Assembly (NCBI GenBank): GCA_964650025.1
Contig: CAZYSZ010000002.1
Span: forward strand, 1-31,544
From: an uncultured Candidatus Saccharibacteria bacterium
GTDB taxonomy: Bacteria > Patescibacteriota > Minisyncoccia > Minisyncoccales > Staskawiczbacteraceae
DNA: 31,544 bases
Reading direction: 5' to 3'
In this document: in pieces, positions 15,959 through 22,214 of the stretch
Layout of the letters: every line of letters begins with the position of its first letter
Numbering within the stretch: position 1 is the stretch's first letter
The notes under the pieces: model-generated
Told to the model about the DNA's origin: nothing
Databases searched by the model: none
What the model saw: the letters and a program-made list of their open reading frames with translations, nothing else
Position numbers and translations under genes: made by a program

Positions 15959-17065
15959 ATGACTATTAAGACCCGCCTTATCATTCTTGGCATTTTTGCC
16001 GTCGTATTTTTGGTGGCGGCGCCGTATTTGGTACTGTATTCCCTGGGTTACCGGGTGGATTTTAGGCACGCCAGCATTGTCGCTACCGGGGGAATTTATA
16101 TTAAAGCCTACCCGCCGGAGGCAACCGTGGCCGTTGACGGTAAAATAAAAGACACCACGGGTATATTTTCTAGTTCGTTTTTTGTGCAAAATCTTCTGCC
16201 TCAAACCCATGCAATTTTAATTTCCAAAGACGGCTACTATGATTACCAAAAAAATCTTTTAGTGGCGCAAAACCAAGTAACCAAATTAGAGCATGTGATT
16301 TTATTTAAAAAAGATATCGGTTTTAGCCTGGTTAAGGCAACAGCAAAACTTCCAGCGGCACCAAAAACGGCTGCTGATGCTTATGTGCTAAAAAACAATA
16401 ATATATACTTGGCGCCCGCCGATAACTTAGCGCAACCGCAAGTAAAGATGCCACTTATTGAAAATGTGATTACCTACACCGCACTTAATGGCAACATATT
16501 TTATCTGGGAACCAACGGATTTTTCTACCAACACAACCTTGCCGCCAACCAAGCCACCGCCCTGACAACCAAAGCTTTTATCGTAAATAAAAAAAATGCC
16601 TACAGCATTATTGCCACGCCGCAAACCATTTTTCTACAGGAAAACACCAACGTACTTTCACTCAATAAAACCACCGGTACTTTTGAAACATTTTTTAACC
16701 CGGTAACCAAAATAATCGTTTCACCCGACCAACAAAACATCCTTTTTTATAACGACCACCAAATTTTTATTGCCGCCGCCAACACTTTAAAGCCAATAGC
16801 CTTAAACGAATTAGAACAAAAAATAAGTGACTTATACTGGCTCAACAACGATTACATTATCTACAACGCCGGTGGCAATATGAGTATTTCTGAAATTGAT
16901 ACCCGGGGAAATATAAACACCATTGCCTTGCCCGCCACCGTTTCATTAACCGACGGCACCAGCCTGATTATAAAAAGTCCGCAAATCTATTTTAATCAGC
17001 AAGACAAAAAATTATATGTTTTGATGACTAACACCCTTTTAGTTTCTGAAAGATTAGTACCATAA
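15959..17065 (+). CDS. Membrane-anchored PEGA-domain-like protein with a beta-rich C-terminus
   Basis: N-terminal TM helix, GGIYIKAYPPEATVAVDG, NLLPQTHAILISKDGYYDYQK; start moved to ATG 15959. Confidence 0.75.
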   Translation: MTIKTRLIILGIFAVVFLVAAPYLVLYSLGYRVDFRHASIVATGGIYIKAYPPEATVAVDGKIKDTTGIFSSSFFVQNLLPQTHAILISKDGYYDYQKNLLVAQNQVTKLEHVILFKKDIGFSLVKATAKLPAAPKTAADAYVLKNNNIYLAPADNLAQPQVKMPLIENVITYTALNGNIFYLGTNGFFYQHNLAANQATALTTKAFIVNKKNAYSIIATPQTIFLQENTNVLSLNKTTGTFETFFNPVTKIIVSPDQQNILFYNDHQIFIAAANTLKPIALNELEQKISDLYWLNNDYIIYNAGGNMSISEIDTRGNINTIALPATVSLTDGTSLIIKSPQIYFNQQDKKLYVLMTNTLLVSERLVP

Positions 17066-17113
17066 AAATCGTTTGTTTTTTACCATTACCTGTTCTTTTT
17101 TAGGAGGTGCATT

Positions 17114-17596
17114 ATGCACACACTCAGCAAAAAAACCTGCGAAGTTGTGGACTTTGCCAATGACGAGGCCGCAAACTTCGGCCATGATTTTGTTGACACC
17201 AGCCACATCTTGGCCGGCATACTAAGGCAAAGCCAAAGTGCCACGTACGCGGCACTCACAGAACTTGGCATATTACTGCCTGCTGTTCGAGCAAAGATTG
17301 CCCTGGTTTGGGAGCGAGGCCAAAACTTCTCAAAAGAAGTCTCTCGAAAGCCAACCGCGTGGCTTACCCAGGTTTTTGATCGCGCTGGCATAGAAGCCCA
17401 AAACCTGGATGACCCCACCATCTGCCCTGTTCACCTGGTGCTTGCCATGCTACGCTTGGAAAAATACCGTGGATACGGCAATGTCTTAGTGCACCTTGGC
17501 TCCCATGCTCACCAGATCAAAGAAAAAATCACAACAAGGTGGTTAGAAAAAAAGGAAAAGAAAACCAAACTGCCAATCCTTAATTTTTCTATATAA
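17114..17596 (+). CDS. Stand-alone Clp N-terminal (Clp_N repeat) domain protein
   Basis: EAANFGHDFVDTSHILAGI and EAQNLDDPTICPVHLVLAML repeats; SD AGGAGG; no AAA+ domain. Confidence 0.75.
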   Translation: MHTLSKKTCEVVDFANDEAANFGHDFVDTSHILAGILRQSQSATYAALTELGILLPAVRAKIALVWERGQNFSKEVSRKPTAWLTQVFDRAGIEAQNLDDPTICPVHLVLAMLRLEKYRGYGNVLVHLGSHAHQIKEKITTRWLEKKEKKTKLPILNFSI

Positions 17597-17601
17597 CCAC
17601 C

Positions 17602-17640
17602 AAAGGCCGCTTTGCTTTAAGAATTCAAGGCGGCCTTTTT
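17602..17640. terminator. Intrinsic terminator after the Clp_N gene
   Basis: aaaggccgc...gcggccttttt. Confidence 0.7.
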
Positions 17641-17648
17641 ATGTATAA

Positions 17649-17676
17649 AAAAATACACCCCAACGGGTGTATTTTT
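17649..17676. terminator. Intrinsic terminator after rpsI
   Basis: aaaaatacaccc caac gggtgtattttt. Confidence 0.75.
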
Positions 17677-17680
17677 CTTG

Positions 17681-18238
17681 TTATCGTTTCGCCCACTGCG
17701 GGGATTTTCGGGCTCTTTTTAATCCAAACTTCTTTCGTTCTCGCATTCTTGGGTCTCTGGTTAAATATCCGGCTTTGCGTAATCGTTTTCTGAAATTATT
17801 GTTAAAGTCCACTAACACTCGGGCGGTTCCGTGTCGCACGGCTTCGGCTTGGGCGTTTCGGCCTCCGCCTTTGACAATCACGGTAACCTTAAACTTATCC
17901 AAGCATTTCATTTTTCGCATGGATGCCACAGATGTTTCCTGGTCACCCTTTAAAGAAAAATATTGCTGATAATCCTTTCCGTTAATTAAGAATTGTTTGT
18001 CGCCACGGGTAAATAGACGCACTCGGGCAGTGGCGGTTTTACGCCTGCCAACCGCCTCAAAATAACGGTCAGGTTTTGATGCCAGTTCTTTTTCGGTTGG
18101 GAAGTCTTCGGGTAAAATATCATCCAGCTCTTCCACCTTAACTACTATGGACGGTTTTACCACTGGTTCTATTTTTTTTACTGACGGCTTTTCCTTTACC
18201 GCCGGAACTACTTTTTTTATTTTTTCAACAGCCATCAT
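17681..18238 (-). CDS. rpsI: 30S ribosomal protein S9 with an N-terminal extension
   Basis: AVGRRKTATARV, GGG-AQAEAVRHG and TRDPRMRERKKFGLKRARKSPQWAKR. Confidence 0.97.
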   Translation of the reverse strand: MMAVEKIKKVVPAVKEKPSVKKIEPVVKPSIVVKVEELDDILPEDFPTEKELASKPDRYFEAVGRRKTATARVRLFTRGDKQFLINGKDYQQYFSLKGDQETSVASMRKMKCLDKFKVTVIVKGGGRNAQAEAVRHGTARVLVDFNNNFRKRLRKAGYLTRDPRMRERKKFGLKRARKSPQWAKR

Positions 18239-18600
18239 TATTTGGTAAACTTTAATCTTTTAATTTGTTTTGCCCGTAATTTATTTTTAGTTAACATGCC
18301 CATCACCGCTTTTCTAAAAATTTCCTGCGGGCCTTTTTTTAGATACACTTCTTTCATCGTGGCCTTTTTCAATCCCCCAAGATACAAGGTGTGATGGTAG
18401 TAAATTTTATCTTGGAATTTTTTTCCGGTATATTTTATCCCTTCCACATTTTTTACGGTCACAAAGTCACCGATATCTTTGTAGGGCGCAAACCCCACCT
18501 TACTTTTCCCACGCAACAAAACCGCCACTTCGGTAGCTAATCTACCCAATACTTTTCCAGTTGCGTCCACGATAATGTTTTCTCGCTTGATAACTTCCAT
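18238..18600 (-). CDS. rplM: 50S ribosomal protein L13
   Basis: VDATGKVLGRLAT, GDFV, KIYYHHT and GML; overlaps the rpsI start. Confidence 0.96.
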   Translation of the reverse strand: MEVIKRENIIVDATGKVLGRLATEVAVLLRGKSKVGFAPYKDIGDFVTVKNVEGIKYTGKKFQDKIYYHHTLYLGGLKKATMKEVYLKKGPQEIFRKAVMGMLTKNKLRAKQIKRLKFTK

Positions 18601-18618
18601 AGCTTTTACTTCGTAAAA

Positions 18619-18710
18619 GAAATTCGAATATCGAAATACGAAACATGTTTTGAATTTTAGATTTTGGAAATTTGAATTTGTTTCGGATTTCGGATTTCGT
18701 GCTTCGGATT
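18619..18710. repeat. Periodic hairpin element, family A-like (TTCGGAT units)
   Basis: ttcgaat atcgaaa tacgaaa ... ttcggat ttcggat ttcgtgc ttcggat; contains aaacatgttt. Confidence 0.8.
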
Positions 18711-19060
18711 TACTTTACCAACTCAATTATCGTCATACTTGCCCCATCCGATTTTCGTGGTCCCATTTTAATCATTCTAGTATATCCACCTTGTCTTGCA
18801 GTATATTCGGGCGCAATAGTATTAAATAAATTTTTTACGGTTTTAGGGGACAATTCTTTGGCTAAAATCCTCCGGTTAGCGACGGTATTATTTTTAGCTC
18901 GAGTAATCATTTTTTCAGCGACGGATCGTAGTTCTTTAGCTTTAGCCTCGGTGGTCTGAATTTTACCATGTAAAAAAAGGCTAGTTGCTAATGTTCTTAG
19001 CAATGCTACTCTTTGGCTTTTTGGCCTGGATAATATTCTGCCTTTATTTCTTTTTCGCAT
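18710..19060 (-). CDS. rplQ: 50S ribosomal protein L17
   Basis: LSR...RVALLR, HGKIQTTEAKAKELR and RQGGYTR. Confidence 0.97.
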   Translation of the reverse strand: MRKRNKGRILSRPKSQRVALLRTLATSLFLHGKIQTTEAKAKELRSVAEKMITRAKNNTVANRRILAKELSPKTVKNLFNTIAPEYTARQGGYTRMIKMGPRKSDGASMTIIELVK

Positions 19061-19070
19061 CGCTTCGCTA

Positions 19071-19153
19071 GGCGACCCTAATCTACAAATCTCACACTAA
19101 TCTACGAATACGTTATTGGTAGATTAGAATGTCATTAGTAAATTGGTGTCGCT
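19071..19153. repeat. Family D full hairpin; its terminus supplies the rpoA stop codon
   Basis: ggcgaccctaatctac...gtaaattggtgtcgct; arms at 19071-19109 and 19115-19153. Confidence 0.88.
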
Positions 19154-19919
19154 ATTTTTTCTTATTTTTTTTTGGTTTTTTATCAGCTTTTTTTTCTTTA
19201 GCTACACCTTCAATTGCATCCATTTCTTTTACTTCAGGTACATTGCCTTCAAAAATCAGGGTAAAATGTTTGATTAAAATTTCACAAGCTCCATAAAAAG
19301 CTTCTTGTGGAGTTAACGTGCCATCGGTTTCTATTTCAATATGCAACTTATCAAAGTCAGTTCTGTCGCCGACTCTCATATTTTCAACCTGAAAATTCAC
19401 ATTTTTAATCGGCGTAAAAATAGCATCAAGTAAAATAGATCCGATTTCCGGTTTTTTTACATTCCTTCTATCCCTTGGCTCATACCCAATCCCCTTTTCA
19501 ATGGTAATTTCTATATCAAGTTCGGCTTTTTTATCGGTAATGGTGGCAATGTGCAACTCGGGATTAGCCAACTCTATCTGTGCAAAATTCTTAAAATCAG
19601 CGCCAGTTACTTCTTTTTCACCTTTGATCAGTAGGTTGACTTTTTGCATTTGTCCTTCATGGATTTTAAACCGCAAATTTTTCAAGTTTAAAATAATCAT
19701 CACGACATCTTCCAAGACTCCGGGAATGGTGGAAAATTCATGCGGAGCACCTTTGATTTTAACTTCGGTAACAGCCACGCCTTCCAGCGAAGACAACAAA
19801 ACTCTTCGCAGTGAATTTCCCATGGTAACTCCATAGCCCGGGTATAAGCCCTCAACTTCAAAAACCGCTTGGTTTTTACCTTTTTTAATTACCTTTGGCG
19901 GTAATGGTAGTGAAATCAT
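19152..19919 (-). CDS. rpoA: RNA polymerase alpha subunit, N-terminal domain only (255 aa; start revised to MISLPLP)
   Basis: PGYGVTMGNSLRRVLLSSLEG, HEFSTIPGVLED, DAIFTPI and RVGDRTDFDKL; ends in a Lys-rich tail with no alpha-CTD. Confidence 0.95.
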   Translation of the reverse strand: MISLPLPPKVIKKGKNQAVFEVEGLYPGYGVTMGNSLRRVLLSSLEGVAVTEVKIKGAPHEFSTIPGVLEDVVMIILNLKNLRFKIHEGQMQKVNLLIKGEKEVTGADFKNFAQIELANPELHIATITDKKAELDIEITIEKGIGYEPRDRRNVKKPEIGSILLDAIFTPIKNVNFQVENMRVGDRTDFDKLHIEIETDGTLTPQEAFYGACEILIKHFTLIFEGNVPEVKEMDAIEGVAKEKKADKKPKKNKKK

Positions 19920-19992
19920 AAACTTGGAACATGAAGCATGAAACATGAAACATAACCGTAGTTAATTGTTCCATGTCACTTGCTCCATGCAG
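19917..19992. repeat. Periodic hairpin element, family C
   Basis: catgaag catgaaa catgaaa cataacc ... catgtca cttgctc catgcag. Confidence 0.82.
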
Positions 19993-20006
19993 TTAATTAC
20001 TTTAAA

Positions 20007-20576
20007 TTACCTAGAATAAAACTCAAACACTAATGAAATCTCTACGGGTGGGGCAACTTCCAAAATGTTTGGCTCGCCAATCACCATGCCTTCCAGTTTT
20101 TCTTTCTTTAAATTCAGCCACTGATGTGGTTCAAATTTCTTTAAGGTATCTTGCAAATCTTTAAAAATTGGCTTTTTCTTTTTAGTTTCCTTAATGGCAA
20201 CTACATCATCTTTTCTAACCTGATATGAAGGAATATTTACTGGCTTACCATTAACCAAAAAGTAAGCATGACTTACCAGCTGGCGAGCATGACTTCGGGA
20301 TTTTGAAACTCCAAGCCTATACACTACGTTATCCAAGCGCTTTTCTAGCACTTTTACCAGCTCATCTGAAACATTTTCCACTCGACCCATTTTTTCCAGG
20401 GTTTTCAACACATAGCGCTTAAATTGTTTTTCCGACAAACCATACAATCGTTTTAAGGTCTGTTTTTCAGTTAACGATTTTTTGTATTCAGAAACTGCGC
20501 CCCTGCGTTTTTTCTTTACTTCCGGAGCCTGACCGACCGGTTTTATATTTTTAAACTGTGTGTTTTCTGTTGCCAT
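20007..20576 (-). CDS. rpsD: 30S ribosomal protein S4 (start revised to MATENT)
   Basis: SEY...EKQ, YGLSEKQF, LEKRLDNVVYRLG, ARQLVSH and VNIPSY. Confidence 0.95.
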   Translation of the reverse strand: MATENTQFKNIKPVGQAPEVKKKRRGAVSEYKKSLTEKQTLKRLYGLSEKQFKRYVLKTLEKMGRVENVSDELVKVLEKRLDNVVYRLGVSKSRSHARQLVSHAYFLVNGKPVNIPSYQVRKDDVVAIKETKKKKPIFKDLQDTLKKFEPHQWLNLKKEKLEGMVIGEPNILEVAPPVEISLVFEFYSR

Positions 20577-20577
20577 T

Positions 20578-20665
20578 TTTCTAGTTTGTAGTTGGTAGCA
20601 AGTTGCGAGTAGGCTATAGAACTTTTTCAATTCTACAAACTACTCACTACCAACTACTCACTCGC
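20578..20665. repeat. Periodic hairpin element (TTGGTAG/CTACCAA heptamers)
   Basis: tttgtag ttggtag ... gagtag versus ctacaaa ctactca ctaccaa ctactca. Confidence 0.78.
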
Positions 20666-20666
20666 G

Positions 20667-21119
20667 TTATACTCTCCTAATTTTCTTTGGTCTTACTCCG
20701 TTATGCGGAATCGGTGTTACATCTTTAATTGAAATTACGTTTAAACCCTGGTTTACCAAGGTTCTTACGGCCGATTCCCTGCCGGCTCCCACTCCTTTAA
20801 TAAATACTTCCACCTTTTCAACGACTAATTTTTTACAAATATTAACAATGGATTCGGCTACGCGTGAAGCGGCAAACGACGTGGCTTTTTTGGCACCCTT
20901 AAACCCCACGGCTCCGGCCGATTTTGATGCCAGCACCTGCCCGCGCGCATCGGTCAACGTTACAATGGTGTTATTATAAGAAGAAGAAACATATACCCGT
21001 GCTTGCGAAACCCGCTCGGTTAATTTAACCTTGCTCTCTTTTTTAACCGCCGCCTCAACCGCATCGCTTTCCTTAATTGAGTCTTGGCTATTTTGCTCTG
21101 CAACTTGTTTCTTTCCCAT
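20667..21119 (-). CDS. rpsK: 30S ribosomal protein S11
   Basis: SYNNTIVT, GFKGAKK, KGVGAGRESA and DVTPIPHNGVRP. Confidence 0.97.
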   Translation of the reverse strand: MGKKQVAEQNSQDSIKESDAVEAAVKKESKVKLTERVSQARVYVSSSYNNTIVTLTDARGQVLASKSAGAVGFKGAKKATSFAASRVAESIVNICKKLVVEKVEVFIKGVGAGRESAVRTLVNQGLNVISIKDVTPIPHNGVRPKKIRRV

Positions 21120-21130
21120 TTGGTTAGGGG

Positions 21131-21215
21131 CTAGGGGCTAGGGGCTAGCGTCTAGGGGAACGACGTTGCCGTCAACTCCCTAGACTCTAGTCCCTAGAAG
21201 CTAGTCCCTCGTTTT
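21131..21215. repeat. Periodic hairpin element, family B
   Basis: 77/85 identical to 6024-6108, same orientation. Confidence 0.93.
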
Positions 21216-21218
21216 TAA

Positions 21219-21608
21219 CTAAGTTGGTGAAGCACTCTTTGCCCGTCCCGATCCCATCGTCTTTCTGACATTACCCCGCACGGTCCTGGTATTAGTTTTA
21301 GTTCTTTGTCCACGTACCGGTAATTTTTTGGTATGTCGCATTCCCCGCCAGGTGCCAATGTCTTTTAATCGTTTAACATTGACCATAACCTGCCTTCGTA
21401 AATCTCCTTCAATTTTAGTAGTTTTATCTATAGATTCTTTTAAAAGGTTTACTTCTTCAGTCGTTAAATCTTTAGCCTTTTTATTCGGGTCAATCTTAGT
21501 ATCCGCCAATATTTTTTTACTTAAAGAATTCCCTATTCCGTAAATGTAGGTAATGGCAACAGCGATTCTTTTGTTGTCTGGGATACTGACTCCCGCAATT
21601 CGTGGCAT
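21219..21608 (-). CDS. rpsM: 30S ribosomal protein S13
   Basis: MPRIAGV, YIYGIG, EGDLRR and LPVRGQRTKTN. Confidence 0.97.
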   Translation of the reverse strand: MPRIAGVSIPDNKRIAVAITYIYGIGNSLSKKILADTKIDPNKKAKDLTTEEVNLLKESIDKTTKIEGDLRRQVMVNVKRLKDIGTWRGMRHTKKLPVRGQRTKTNTRTVRGNVRKTMGSGRAKSASPT

Positions 21609-21621
21609 TGTTATACTTATA

Positions 21622-21688
21622 AACTTAAGAACTTATGAACGAAAGAACAACGCTGTTCTTAGGTTTTTTAGTTTTTCAGTTCCTTGGT
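21622..21688. repeat. Periodic hairpin element, family E
   Basis: 58/67 identical to 7230-7296. Confidence 0.9.
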
Positions 21689-21804
21689 TAACCCTGTCTC
21701 TGTTTATGTTTTGGATTTTTTTTGCAAATTACGTAAAGACACCCCTGTCGTTTGACAATCTTACAATCATTACACATTTTTTTTACTGAAGGCCGAACTT
21801 TCAT
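21688..21804 (-). CDS. rpmJ: 50S ribosomal protein L36 (Zn-binding form), not in the ORF track
   Basis: Hand translation [38 protein letters not shown]; lies between infA and rpsM. Confidence 0.97.
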   Translation of the reverse strand: MKVRPSVKKMCNDCKIVKRQGCLYVICKKNPKHKQRQG

Positions 21805-21811
21805 CTTCGTG

Positions 21812-21866
21812 GAGCGTGTAGCGCGCAACGTTAAACGTTCTGCGCTGCGCGTTATACGTTATACTT
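21812..21866. repeat. Periodic element (GCGTGTA/ACGTTAT heptamers)
   Basis: gcgtgta gcgcgca acgttaa acgttct gcgctgc gcgttat acgttat. Confidence 0.72.
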
Positions 21867-22142
21867 TTATTTCAACCGATAAACAATCCTCCCCTTTCCC
21901 ATATCATACGGGCTCATTTCTAGCGTAACTTTGTCTCCGGCCAAAATCTTGATTCTATTTAATCGCATCTTACCTGACAAAAAACCTCGTATTTCTTTGC
22001 CGTCTTCCAATACTACCTTAAAAAAGGCGTTTGGTAAAGCCTCTATTACTCTGCCTTCCGTCTTAATGATTTGGTTTGAATTCCCGCCTTGTGGCGCCGG
22101 ATTTTGCCCGTTATTCTGAACCTGATGTGACTCCATTTGCAT
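21867..22142 (-). CDS. infA: Translation initiation factor IF-1 with a short N-terminal extension
   Basis: [32 protein letters not shown] and SPYD...GRIVYR. Confidence 0.96.
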   Translation of the reverse strand: MQMESHQVQNNGQNPAPQGGNSNQIIKTEGRVIEALPNAFFKVVLEDGKEIRGFLSGKMRLNRIKILAGDKVTLEMSPYDMGKGRIVYRLK

Positions 22143-22149
22143 AGAATTA

Positions 22150-22178
22150 ATACTAGCAAATTAACTGGCAGCGGTCAA
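22150..22178 (-). promoter_or_regulatory. infA operon promoter, leaderless-type
   Basis: TTGACC (22178-22173)-17-TAGTAT (22155-22150); ATG 7 nt downstream. Confidence 0.65.
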
Positions 22179-22204
22179 GACTTAAGCATACAGACTTAAG
22201 CATA
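22178..22204. repeat. 13-bp direct repeat
   Basis: agacttaagcata-c-agacttaagcata. Confidence 0.85.
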
Positions 22205-22214
22205 AAAAAAAGCT

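Noticed and set aside
6024-21215. Repeated units as a possible CRISPR array
   Set aside because: There is no repeat-spacer alternation and no cas gene; the units are tandem 7-mers forming hairpins at dispersed loci
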